From Malacoraja senta (taxonomy: Eukaryota): a stretch of DNA of 64,000 nt. A model generated the notes under the pieces. The model was not told the DNA's origin, did no database searches, and worked only from the letters and a program-made list of their open reading frames with translations. The stretch is from assembly GCA_038087875.1 (NCBI GenBank), contig CM075993.1, positions 10,418,001 through 10,482,000 on the forward strand, given 5' to 3'. Below, piece by piece: positions 1 to 11,678 of the stretch. Position 1 is the stretch's first letter. Each line of letters begins with the position of its first letter. The position numbers were made by a program, and so were the translations under genes.

Positions 1-1624
1 CTCCAGGTGTGGTCTCACCAAGACCCTGTACAACTGCAGTAGAACCTCCCTGCTCCTATACTCAAATCCTTTTGCTATGAAAGCTAACATACCATTCACT
101 TTCTTCACTGCCTGCTGCACCTGCATGCCTACTTTCAATGACTGGTGTACCATGACACCCAGGTCTCGCTGCATCTCCCCTTTTCCTAATCGGCCACCAT
201 TTAGATAATAGTCTGCTTTCTTGTTTTTGCCACCAAAGTGGATAACCTCACATTTATCCACATTATACTGCATCTGCCAAACATTTGCCCACTCACCCAG
301 CCTATCCAAGTCACCTTGCAGTCTCCTAGCATCCTCCTCACAGCTAACACTGCCCCCCAGCTTAGTGTCATCCGCAAACTTGGAGATGTTGCCTTCAATT
401 CCCTCATCCAGATCATTAATATAAATTGTAAATAGCTGGGGTCCCAGCACTGAGCCTTGCGGTACCCCACTAGTCACTGCCTGCCATTGTGAAAAGGACC
501 CGTTTACTCCTACTCTTTGCTTCCTGTTTGCCAGCCAGTTCTCTATCCACATCAATACTGAACCCCCCAATACCGTGTGCTTTAAGTTTGTATACTAATC
601 TCTTATGTGGGACCTTGTCGAAAGCCTTCTGAAAGTCCAGATACAACACATCCACTGGTTCTCCCCTATCCACTCTACTAGTTACATCCTCGAAAAATTC
701 TATAAGATTCGTCAGACATGATTTACCTTTCGTAAATCCATGCTGACTTTGTCCAATGATTTCACCACTTTCCAAATGTGCTGCTATCCCATCTTTAATA
801 ACTGACTCTAGCAGTTTCCCCACTACCGATGTTAGACTAACTGGTCTGTAATTCCCCGCTTTCTCTCTCCCTTCTTAAAAAGTGGGGTTACGTTTGCTAC
901 CCTCCAATCCTCAGGAACTACTCCAGAATCTAAAGAGTTTTGAAAAATGATCACTAATGCATCCACTATTTCTGGAGCTACTTCCTTAAGTACTCTGGGA
1001 TGCAGCCTATCTTTTGCTTTGATATTATCCTTGATTTCCCTTGTTATCCACGGATGCACTACCTTCCCTGATTTATTCTTTTGCCAAACTGGGACGCTAC
1101 CCCACCTCCTTTTCCTTTCTCTCTATCCCTCCTGAATATTGAATATCCCTGGATGTTCAGCTCCCAGCCTTGGTCACCCTGGAGCCATGTCTCCGTGATC
1201 CCAACTATATCATAATCATTAATAGCTATCTGCACGTTCAACTCATCCACCTTATTACGAATGCTCCTTGCATTGAGACACAAAGCCTTCAGGCTTGTTT
1301 TTACAACGCTCTTACCCCTTTTACAATTATGTTGAAAAGTGGCCCTTTTTGATTTTTGCCCTGGATTTGTCTGCCTGCCACTTTTACTTTTCACCTTGCT
1401 ACCTATTGCTTCCGCCCGCATTTTACACCCCTCTGTTTCTCTGCTCACCCATTTAAGAACCCCACCACCTCTTATTCTCTGTTTATTATTGTTTTCTTCT
1501 TTCCCCCCTACATGTTGGGTCTGAGTGCTTTCCTTCTCTGCCTCCTGCCTCACACACTGTCTACTAGCTTTCTCTATTTGAGTCCCTCCCCCCAACCGTT
1601 CTAGTTTAAAGTCTCCCCAGTAGC
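1..1624 (-). mobile_element. CR1-clade LINE remnant (APE endonuclease start and RT), 5'-truncated and internally deleted; continues beyond the window start
   Basis: Minus-strand peptides [20 protein letters not shown] (APE), [27 protein letters not shown] (RT); frameshifts and two internal deletions near 1008 and 1094. Confidence 0.92.
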
Positions 1625-1727
1625 CTTTGCTACTGGGGAGACTTTGACTTTGTTTCTGTTTAGTGGCATCTTTGTGTTTGAAAATTGTTACACGATGGAA
1701 AGCCATTGTTATGGGAAATTATCTATC

Positions 1728-1932
1728 TGTGGCGGGGACTGGCAGGAGTCCAGCCAAAATCTAGTCGGACACAAGTTGTGTGCTCTAGACATGTTTATTC
1801 TTCTGCATACAGCTCCCTACTCCTCAGCTGACACGGGCGTTGCCCGGCCTTAAATAACAACCCCCACCAAGATGCTGCCCTCTAGAGCCGATGGTTCGTC
1901 GTGACCTTGGGTTGCTATCAGGTGCCGCCACA
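1728..1932 (-). mobile_element. Probable solo LTR (205 bp)
   Basis: Termini TGTGGCGG...CCGCCACA (8-bp inverted repeat, TG..CA); minus strand has TATTTAA followed by AATAAA; flanks TATC/TAAC could be an imperfect 4-bp TSD. Confidence 0.65.
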
Positions 1933-2157
1933 TAACTCTCTTGTGGTTGCATGTGTTGGAAACTTTCCAGCATGCTTTGTATGATTGGCTCCATTCAACT
2001 CTGTCTCAGATTTTTAGCATAGAAGAACAGCTTTCAGCTAAGTCTATTCAAATAAATCTTTGCATGATATAAAAATATTTTTAATGAAAGTATCGTTGAG
2101 TTTTAAAATGGACAATAGGAAAAGTATCACTAAAGTAAGTGTTCCTTCTCTTTCAAG

Positions 2158-2329
2158 TTGTCGGAGAATAAAGAGTCAACAGATGCTGACCTTCAAGAGC
2201 AATCTTTCACTCGTACCATTGATGAAGAAGCTGAAATGGAAGAGCAAGCAGATCGGGATCGTGAAGATGAGCACCAGGGACAAGAGGAGGAAGAGGAGGA
2301 AAGGGAACAAGAGGTCATGACTGCCGGAA
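2158..2329 (+). CDS. HERC1: HERC1 internal exon (LSENKE..SFTRTIDEEAEMEEQA..EVMTAG)
   Basis: ttcaag acceptor, GTAAGA donor at 2330; peptide matches recalled vertebrate HERC1; phase 1 joins the next exon to give K-IFQCF. The 5' boundary cannot be cross-checked because the upstream exon is outside the window. Confidence 0.9.
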
Positions 2330-2567
2330 GTAAGAAAGTCCCCCCTGAAATTAATCCTTAAGTCTCATTTAAGCATTGCCATTGCTTACTTGAATGTATT
2401 ATTGCTATGCTGTGTTAATCTATATGGTAGGCACCCTCTGGTTTAAGCCTTGTATCAGAGTGATTAATTAATTGTATTAAATAATCTTGAATCGTATTGA
2501 AATACTTGATCAATCCAGCACTAATCGTAGAAAAGGGCATTTCATCTTGCAGGCTGGATGGAAACAG

Positions 2568-2970
2568 CATAGAAACATAGAAACATAGAAACATAGAAAT
2601 TAGGTGCAGGAGTAGGCCATTCGGCCCTTCGAGCCTGCACCGCCATTCAATATGATCATGGCTGATCATCCAACTCAGTATCCCGTACCTGCCTTCTCTC
2701 CATACCCTCTGATCCCTTTAGCCACAAGGGCCACATCTAGCTCCCTCTTAAATATAGCCAATGAACTGGCCTCGACTACCCTCTGTGGCAGAGAGTTCCA
2801 GAGATTCACCACTCTCTGTGTGAAAAAAGTTCTTCTCATCTCGGTTTTAAAGGATTTCCCCCTTATCCTTAAGCTGTGACCCCTTGTCCTGGACTTCCCC
2901 AACATCGGGAGCAATCTTCCTGCATCTAGCCTGTCCAACCCCTTAAGAATTTTGTAAGTTTCTATAAGAA
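2568..2970 (-). mobile_element. CR1 LINE 3' end with (TTTCTATG)n octamer tail
   Basis: ORF2 C-terminus [23 protein letters not shown], 3' stem-loop and repeated octamer. Confidence 0.92.
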
Positions 2971-3737
2971 CTATATGTTTATGGCACTGAATTAATTAAT
3001 TCCCAACAGCCAAAGTCCAAGACTATCACCAAACAAAGCAAGGAGGAAGGTGACCGAGAGCAATTCTCTCGGGTTTAGACTAGTACATGTGCATGTTTAA
3101 TTGTTAGGTAAATCCTATTGGAAATATCTGGTACTTGGAAAATCTTCCGAAAGCAAATATTCAAAGTTTGAACCTAATTAGTGCAGAGGATCTTCACTGA
3201 TGGTTACTCCACCAACTGGTACTGCTTGGTATGTGAAAGTAATTTTAATAAAATGATTATTTTATCATAATGTTTTTTTGAATTGGTGAACTGGGTGGAT
3301 TCTCCCTGTAGTGAGGCCTACTTTGGTTTTCGGCTAGTATTCTTTAGACTTTAGACAATATTTCAGTTTAAAGCCTCGCGTTTGGACTTTAGCAGAGAAT
3401 GAATCTCCCTGTTCATCCAAGGGTTCTGGCTCTGATAACTGCAGAGACTTGATAGATGCAAGATTGCAATGGAACGACTCTTTCCGGCTGGTCCCAGAGG
3501 ATCCACTACTATCATTTCACTCTTCTTCGTTTACTTGTGTATGGTTTAATTATACTCATGTACACTATGATTGACTGGATAACATGCAAAACAATGTTTT
3601 TCCTGTGTATCTCAGTACACGTGATCATAATAATAAACTAAACTTTAGGGAGAAAAACTAAATGTTCATGTTAATTGGCCCTTATCAACACCGTTCATTG
3701 CAATACTGTGTGTGTGCGTGTGCGTGTGTGTGCGTGC

Positions 3738-4496
3738 TTATTTGCCTCTGTACTCCACAATTTGAGATTTGTAGTAGGAAAAATGCACATGTGGCTAAAG
3801 TGCACAATGTCAGATTTTAATAAAGGCCATTTTTATACATTTTGGTTTCACCATGTAGAAATTACAGCAGTAACATAGTCCCCCCCATTTCAGGGCACCA
3901 CAATGTTTGGGACACAGCAATGTCATGTAAATGAAAGTAGTCATGTTTAGTATTTTGTTGCATATCTTTGCATGCAATGACTGCTTGAAGTCTGCAATTC
4001 ATGGACATCACCAGTTGCTGGGTGTCTTCTCTGGTGATGCTCTGCCAGGCCTGTATTGCAGCCATCTTTAGCTTATGCTTGTTTTGGGGGCTAGTCCCCT
4101 TCAGTTTTCTCTTCAGCATATAAACAGTCCTCATGTTGATAAACAGCAATAAAAGTTTCCAAAGGTGATGGAAAGACTGGAGGAAAGACTAGATGCTGAG
4201 AGCTCTCTTATACCTGCATTAATGAGGCAATTAAACACACCTGAGCAATTACAAATACCTGTGAAGCCATGTGTCCCAAACATTATGGTGCCCTGAAATG
4301 GGGGGGAACTATGTATAAACACAGCTGTAATTTCTACATGGTGAACCCAAAATGTATAAAAATACCCTTTATTAAAATCTGACAATGTGCACTTTAACCA
4401 CATGTAATTTTTTTCTATTACAAATCTCAAATTGTGGAGTACAGAGTCAAATAAATAAATGATGGGTCTTTGTCCCAAACATTATGGAGGGCACTG
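3738..4496 (-). mobile_element. Internally deleted Tc1/mariner transposon with long IR/DR-type inverted repeats
   Basis: About 180-225 bp inverted repeats; right end ...GGGCACTG followed by TA; transposase C-terminal remnant AIQAWQSITRED..SMNCRLQAVI; left tip missing. Confidence 0.85.
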
Positions 4497-4694
4497 TATA
4501 ACATTTTCATAATTTGGGCGTGGCCTGTAATTACAAACATAGTTAGCTTCCTGTTATCTCATGTTAGATTTGTACTTTGGGCAATAGATGTAGGCTGTCT
4601 GAATTACATTTCACCGATTAGCCTGAAAATGAAAGTTTCAAAGTTTTCTTAAAAGCAAGGGCTGCAGTTACACCTCAAAATTAAAGTAATGTTA

Positions 4695-5240
4695 TGGGCC
4701 TGTCCCACCAGCATGCGATAGCATGTGTCTAGCGCGACCAAACGTGGTCGCTTGAGGCGTACGGCCTCGCGGGGCCGGTCCCACTTCGATCGGCAGAGGC
4801 GTATGGAGTTGTGCGGGGCTGGTCCCGACATAAATGGGCTCCAAAAATCTTGCACTGTCCGAAAATCCCGCGCGACAACGGCCTGTCGGCCCGCAGCAGC
4901 ATTGAGACCGTACGCAGCACCTCGACGGGCGTACGCAGCGTCTTGACGTCGTATGCAGCGTCTTGACGGCGTACGCCTAGCGCGTGGCGTTGCGCGATGA
5001 CGTCACCACCCGGCGTGCCCTTGCGTGATGACGTCACCGCCCGACTCCGTGCGACGTCCAAATTCAGTCGGCCCGCCTCCTGCCCAGCTGATTGGTGAGT
5101 ATGATGTCGGGACCAGCCCCGCACAACTCCATACGCCTCCGCGGTTCGAATTGGGACCGGCCCCGCGGGGCCGTACGGCTCAAGCGACCATGTTTGGTCG
5201 CGCTAGACGCATGCAATCGCATGCTGGTGGGACAGGCCCT
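4695..5240. mobile_element. PIF/Harbinger-type MITE, CpG-rich
   Basis: TIRs GGGCCTGTCCCACCAGCATGCG.. of about 130 bp; TTA at 4692-4694 and 5241-5243 (3-bp TSD). Confidence 0.85.
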
Positions 5241-5566
5241 TTACTCTCAAATAGCAAATGATCACAGCAGTAATTTTAACACACAAACATTTTGCTTAAC
5301 CGGATGAATAATGAAGAGTGTGATGTATGAGCCAATGCTTATTATAAACATCTAACAACTTAAGCTTCTTAATATACATTCTATTTAATTATCTTCCCAC
5401 AATATAGTTTGTGCCACAAATCAAAAGTAATTGTCCATTAGTTACCCTTTCCTCATTTATACTATTTTGAACATGCCACCAGAAATTTCAGGTCATTTTG
5501 TTGCTCTGCTTCTGCTGGCTTTTAATGATTGTTGTGTTTGTTTGTGTTTTGTGTTGCATGTTACAG

Positions 5567-5888
5567 AAATCTTTCAATGTTTCCTATCAGCCCGTGAAGT
5601 TGCTCGCGGCCGTGACCGAGAGAGATTGAGCAGCACGCCTGGAATCGGCACGGGTCCCGTTGTCCGGCTGGACGATCCACCATCTCAGCTGAGAGAAGAG
5701 CGGCGAGTCAGCACTGGGCTTGCAGAAGGACAGGACCATTACACAGCAGCGTGCAACTCTGTTATTCATCGCTGTGCACTGCTTATTCTGGGAGTCACCC
5801 CGGCCATACAAGAGCTGCAACAAAAGGACGAGGGGCTAAAAGGAAATGGTGTTTCCGGAGTTAATGACGGACTTGGTTTTATGACCAG
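5567..5888 (+). CDS. HERC1: HERC1 exon (IFQCFLSAREVAR..ACNSVIHRCALLILG..MT)
   Basis: ttacag/GTTGGT; phases match both neighbours; strong match to recalled HERC1. Confidence 0.97.
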
Positions 5889-6728
5889 GTTGGTAACTTA
5901 TTTTGTAAATGATATAACCATAACTGTTTCATGAACGTCCATCAGATAGGGAAAAAAAAGTTATTGATGTATATCAGGCAGATATGCGCCAGACACTGGC
6001 ACATGGGACTAGCTCAGATAGACAGCTTGGTTCGCAGCAAAATACAGTGTTGGAGGAACTTGTCGGTTCAGACAGTGTCTGTGGAGGCAATTGATGGGTG
6101 ACTTTTGGGTCGGGACTCATCTTCAGACTGCTTCGGCCAAAGGGCCTGCTTCCTTGCTTTATAACTCTGACTATATTATGAGTTACATTGGAATTTTTCA
6201 CAATGGACTCCAGAAAATAACTTGTCTTAATCCCTCTAGCACAGTATGTATATGTAATTGGAACTGTGGTTATGCAGTTGGAGCTTTTACAGGAAACAAC
6301 ACCAGTAAACCCACTTTGCGAAGCCAATGCTCTTCATTTATGATTGCACTAAAAAGCAAAATACTTTTTTTTTTTGTGAAAACTTTTTAATATCTTACAG
6401 TAACGTTCTTTTGTTCAGTCAGAAAGGTTTCCTGGGTGAGTATATCTATAACCATGCAAACAAGGAGTTGTATTACATGTATGAGAAAATCACCTGAATT
6501 GAAATCTCTACAACAGTTTCTTATTGAACTGGGACGCTGGATTCTTCTAAATTACACTTATAAATGTCACATTTTGTTAAGTACTCGTTATGTTGGTCTT
6601 AATTACATTTCATTGGATATTATCCTAAAACTATTTCAATGTTGAATTACAGTGTGTATCAGAGCAATAATGTTGTATGTATATAACTTGTGGAGAACAT
6701 CCGTGATAACTCTACTTGTTTCTTCTAG

Positions 6729-6849
6729 GAGTGAAAGCTTGACAGCAGAAACACATTCCGTGCAATCAAATTCTACCTATAAACTGACTAAATCAAGAAG
6801 TGAATCAGACTTGTCTCAGCCTGACTCCGACGAGGAAGTCTGTGCTTTT
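6729..6849 (+). CDS. HERC1: HERC1 exon (SESLTAE..KSRSESDLSQPDSDEE..)
   Basis: ttctag/GTGAGT; phase-consistent. Confidence 0.96.
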
Positions 6850-7210
6850 GTGAGTATTTTAGTCATGAAGGCTGCTTCATTTATGAGGAATGTTAACTCA
6901 TGAAAACAACTGCCACTGGGCTAGTGCTGGTTTGAATTGAACCGGACATATTTTGAATAGTTGGTGTCACTCATATGTGTGATATGTCATATCTATCAGT
7001 GGTGTCCCCATGTACCTGCTGCCATTGTCCTATTTGTGAGGGCAGTTGCTGTAAATGAGGTTTATTATATTGGAACTTTGATGCTTTGGTAAAAACGTGC
7101 CACCTTTAAAGAGTGCTTTTTTGTCCTTTTGCTGATTCTAACTGGGCTAATTTTACAAGACACACAATGATACAGAAAATGTATTCCAAAGCATTCAAAA
7201 CCAAAGAAGA

Positions 7211-7493
7211 CAGCACAGTGGCACAGCGGTAGAGTAGCTGCCTTACAGCGCCAGAGACCCGGGTTCAATCCTGACATCGGTTGCTGTCTGGATGGAGTTT
7301 GGACGCTCTCCCCTTGACCACCGGGTTTTCACCGGGTGCTCCGATTTCTTCCCACATTCGAAAGACATACTGGTTTGTAGGTTAATTCGCTTCAGTAAAT
7401 TGTCCCTGGTGTGTAGGATAGAACTAGTGTACAGGGATTGCTGGTCAACACGCACTCGGTGGGCTGAAGGATTAGCTATATCTCTAAACTAAA
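7211..7493 (+). mobile_element. tRNA-derived V-SINE (HE1-like)
   Basis: Pol III A/B box head (GGTTCAATCC), V-domain-like core, (CTAAA)n tail. Confidence 0.85.
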
Positions 7494-7912
7494 CATTGAA
7501 GATGCTATTGGAGCACCCTTGGCATGGATCACCTGGCAAGTATATTTTTGGATCATGTTGCATCCATTAAAACATGAAATTTGGCTGGTCATTTCAAATT
7601 TGTGAGTAGTCTTCACAACCCTGACATGAAGATGCAATTGGCAATTCAAGTCGAGATGTAATTTTCCATGCAAAATACTATTTTGAATATTGTGTGGAGA
7701 GTTGGACGTGTTGTCCTAACACAACGAATGTTAAAGATTGCCGTCTCCTGCCCAAACAAAGTTGTCCCAATTTCTCTTTCCACGCCCCCCTTCCCCCCCC
7801 CCCTCACTAACCTGACTACTTTGATATCTCCCCACCTTCAGAGGACTTAGTTCAAGGAGGGGAACCACCATATTCTCAAGGACTGTTAAAGATGGACAAT
7901 AAATATTGGCTT

Positions 7913-8134
7913 GGTACACAAAAATGCTGGAGAAACTCAGCGGGTGCAGCAGCATCTATGGAGCGAAGGAAATAGGTAACGTTTCGGGCCGAAACCCTTC
8001 TTCAGTCTGAAGAAGGGTTTCGGCCCGAAACGTTACCTATTTCCTTCGCTCCATAGATGCTGCTGCACCCGCTGAGTTTCTCCAGCATTTTTGTGTACCT
8101 TCGATTTTCCAGCATCTGCAGTTCCTTCTTTAAC
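7913..8134. mobile_element. PLE-derived fold-back palindrome with 17-bp TSD
   Basis: About 92-bp perfect arms centred at 8006; right arm extends into the PLE tail; ACAATAAATATTGGCTT at 7896-7912 and 8135-8151. Confidence 0.88.
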
Positions 8135-8169
8135 ACAATAAATATTGGCTTTGTCAATGATGCATGCAT

Positions 8170-8480
8170 TTAGTTTAGTTTAGAGATACAGCATGGAAAC
8201 AGGCCCTTCGGCCCACCGGGTCCGCACCGACCAGCGATCCCCGCACATTAACACTATCCTACACCCACTGGGGACAATTTTTACATTTACCAAGCCAATT
8301 GACCTACAAACCTGTACGTCTTTGGAATGTGGGAGGAAACCGAAGATCTCGGAGAAAACCCACGCAGGTCACTGGGAGAACGTACAAACTCCGTACAGAC
8401 AGCACCTGCAATCGCGATCGAAACCGGTTTTCCAGCGCTGCATTTGCTGTATGGCAGCAACTCTATCGCTGCGCCACCGT
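8170..8480 (-). mobile_element. V-SINE
   Basis: Reverse complement of the same SINE family with (CTAAA)n tail. Confidence 0.85.
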
Positions 8481-8851
8481 GACTTTCAAATATGAACAAA
8501 AAAAACCAGAGCCTATGCCACTTCCGTTGGTCTAAGACCGTAAAGAATGAAGAGGAATCCAAGCAGAAGAGGAGCCAAAATGAGGAAAACTCCCTGCAGC
8601 CTGGGCTCCGTGATCATTGTTGCTGAATATCACTTATCTCAACTACTCTCGAACTATTTGCCTATTATCCCACACTTCTGCCTTGCCTCTCACCAATTTG
8701 AAACATTAGACAATTTTGCCATTTATTTTCCCCCAACACCAATGTAAAATCAAATCCAAAGTTGTCAATTTAGTAATACATCCTGAACACAACTAATGAC
8801 TGTTTTACACTCCTTTTTCCCAATTACATAATTCCGTAGTTCTGACCAGTG

Positions 8852-9150
8852 AGCAGCACGGAGGCACAGCTGGTCGAACTGCCGCCTCACAGCAGCAGAG
8901 ATCCACGTTCAATCCTGACCATGATTGCTGACTGTGTAGAGTTTGCACGTTCTACCAGTACTCTGGTTTCCGGCCACATCCCAAAGGCGTGAGGGTTTGT
9001 AGGTTTATAGGCCTCTGCAAATGCCCCTAGTGTATACGGTGTAGATGAGAAAGTGAGATAGCATAGAACTAGTATGAATGGGTGATCAATGGCCAGCATG
9101 GAAACAGGCTGGAGAGCCTGTTTCCATGCTGTGTCTTTAAACTAAACTAA
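8852..9150 (+). mobile_element. V-SINE (diverged)
   Basis: tRNA head, partial V-domain, CTAAA tail. Confidence 0.8.
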
Positions 9151-9413
9151 AGATAAAGGTGTGAGCATTATATAACTATTTCGGATGTACAGAAATTTGT
9201 ATGAACATATGTTTAATAAAACAGGGTTTTCTTTCATTATGCAGTAGGTGTCAATTCTATATATGATTAAAACCTACATTAACAAATTTTAATCATGATT
9301 GTGTTTTGTAAACTTAAAGCTGAAGTATCCTTATCGTTATATATAATTTAGAACTGGCGATATGAATTGACATAAGTTTATCAATGAGGTTACTGTAAAT
9401 CTGAAGGCAGTGG

Positions 9414-9628
9414 TTTAATTTAGTTTAGAGATACAGGCCCTTCGGCCCACTGAATCCGTGCTGACCAGCGATCCCCGCACATTAACACTTTCCTACACAC
9501 ACTAGGGACAATTTCTTGCACTTACACCAAGCCAATTAACCTACAAACCTACACGTCTTTAGAATGTGGGAGGAAACCGGAGATCACGGTGAAAACCCAC
9601 GCAGGTCATGGGGAAAACGTGCAAACTC
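9414..9628 (-). mobile_element. V-SINE 3' part
   Basis: Similarity to 8170-8480. Confidence 0.8.
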
Positions 9629-9727
9629 TTTCAGTATGTTAAATTACAACACTTTTTTAGCTGAAATACCATTCTATTTTATGTGATCTGAATCTTAAAA
9701 GCTCTTAATTTTATTCTTTGTGTAAAG

Positions 9728-9779
9728 AATGCCAGAAGAAATGTGGATATGGATTTAACATCAGTTCAACGAAAACGTG
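9728..9779 (+). CDS. HERC1: HERC1 52-nt exon (NARRNVDMDLTSVQRKR)
   Basis: taaag/GTGAGT; corresponds to recalled human SGRRNVDLDLAASHRKR; phases fit; absent from the ORF track. Confidence 0.92.
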
Positions 9780-10445
9780 GTGAGTCGATTGTGTAATTCT
9801 TAGGATATTTTTGTAATTTGGATGTTAGTGCAGTGGTGAAATTTGCAAAATTATCCTGTACATTTCTGTTTAATTTATTTAATCAGATTGTAGTAATTAA
9901 TCAGATTATTAATTTTTTAGCATTGGTGCCATATGTTACATAGTTAGAGAATTCTGTTTAATTCTGTTTAATTTTAAGCACTGTTTAATTTCAAGCACTG
10001 TTTAATTTCAAGCACTGTCGTGCCTGCTTTTAATTTACTTGTCCTAGCTGGTGCTTAATTTAGGACAATAATCATAGTCTTTCTGTTCAGGAAATGTATT
10101 TGAGTGCATACTTTGTGACATGTTAACAAAAGCAATTTGTGTAGAATAGTAAATTTTGGGTCAATCTTAACGTTAGTTCAATAAAATATTCAAATTGTGT
10201 GATGCTTCATAATACTTGCATAATGTTAAAATTGCGTGGGAACCAATAATTTGTGTGGCATGGCATTAATTATTTCTACAGTTAGTTTAAACTGTTGTTG
10301 GAAACTTTCTAATGGCTGATCAACTTTCATGGATATTTAATGCCCGACGCATCTAACTGGCTTTAATTATCAGCATGTGTTGTATCAAATGTTTCCTTTT
10401 GTCTTCTGGTTTTGTGTGGTAGTATGTTTACTCCTTGTTGGCCAG

Positions 10446-10478
10446 TTGAGTCCCAGAAACAAGAGGAGCTGCAAGCAA
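10446..10478 (+). CDS. HERC1: Candidate alternative 33-nt HERC1 microexon (VESQKQEELQA)
   Basis: U-rich tract + CAG, open phase-1/phase-1 frame, GTAAAT donor, flanking GCATG motifs; no transcript evidence. Confidence 0.45.
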
Positions 10479-11409
10479 GTAAATGATGGCATGTTTAACT
10501 TTATTAAAACTTAAAGCTTGCCCATGTATTTTATGGCAATGAAGTATATACTGTCATTTAACTATGCATTGGTTTGTTCCATCTGTTCAGCCAGTCGGCC
10601 AGATCGTTATCTGTGTTGGTGTGGCTTTGCCTTGGTGACGGTCCTCAGTTTTAGTGTTGATCTCCGAATGCCATATCCCTTGATTCACTTAAATTCCAAA
10701 AATGATGAATCTTTGAATTTAATAGTCACTGACAGCTGCCATAATCCCCTTGGATGGAGAATTGCATAGATTCATTATCTCTTGGTGAAGGGATTTCTTC
10801 ACATCTCAGTCCTGTGGCCAAGCTGTTATATTCGTTAAGATATTTCTGCATCCCTGTCAAGGCCCTGTAGAATTTTTGTTTCACTGTGAAATTGCTTGTC
10901 TTTCGAATAATCACCATAGAATATAGGCCCAGTTGCTTAGGACAATTGCCCTTCATCTCAGCAGTATTTTAGTGTGAATCTTTGTTGCATTCCTTACATT
11001 TGGAAGTATATCCAGTGATCAGATACGACAGCGGACATTTACCTGTTCTAGAATACAGAGAAAACGTTCTTGGGATTCTCTTGTTACAGCTTTTATAACG
11101 TCGTTTGGATTTTGCAATGAGCTTGCGCAACAGTTGCAAAAGCATTTGTAGAATTTTAAACGAAGGATCTTTAAGGTCTCTTGGTTGGTCAATAATTGTC
11201 CTTTCCTCAGCCCACACCTCACAATCCCTCTAAATGTTCTGTGTGCTTTGGAATAAACGGAGGTCCTGGCAGTTTGTGCTGCTTTGAGGCTTTTTGCATG
11301 ATCATTATCTTTGTTGTTTTTGATCTGTTAGATTCAATATCTAACAATTACGTTTGTTGTATTCTTGGGGGCGTACTCTGACTTATTTCCATTATTCTAT
11401 GCTCCACAG

Positions 11410-11678
11410 GACCTCCTTATAGCACCGATTCCCTGAGAACTTCTTGGACGTGGCTGAAATACAGTAGAGATACATCCTATGATACTTCCCACTTGTCTAA
11501 TACACTGGAATTTGATTTGAACCAGTCATTCGGAATTCACGCCTTTATTGATAACGTGGTTAATTTTGTGAGTGGAGGCGTTGGCACTTCCCCAGCTTTT
11601 AAAGAGCCCGAAGAAAATATGTCCTCCAACCCTCAAGCCATCATAATTGCAATGGAACAGCAGCAGATGAGGTCTGAG
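11410..11678 (+). CDS. HERC1: HERC1 exon (..NVVNFVSG..FKEPEENMS..IAMEQQQMRSE)
   Basis: ccacag/GTAAGT; phase-consistent. Confidence 0.96.

Noticed and set aside
7211..7280. tRNA-like sequences with A and B boxes, about a dozen copies
   Set aside because: Each continues into a V-domain and CTAAA tail, so they are SINE heads, not tRNA genes
9948..10017. Short tandem duplications (also 44551-44610 and 31636-31710)
   Set aside because: Ordinary replication slippage with no further structure
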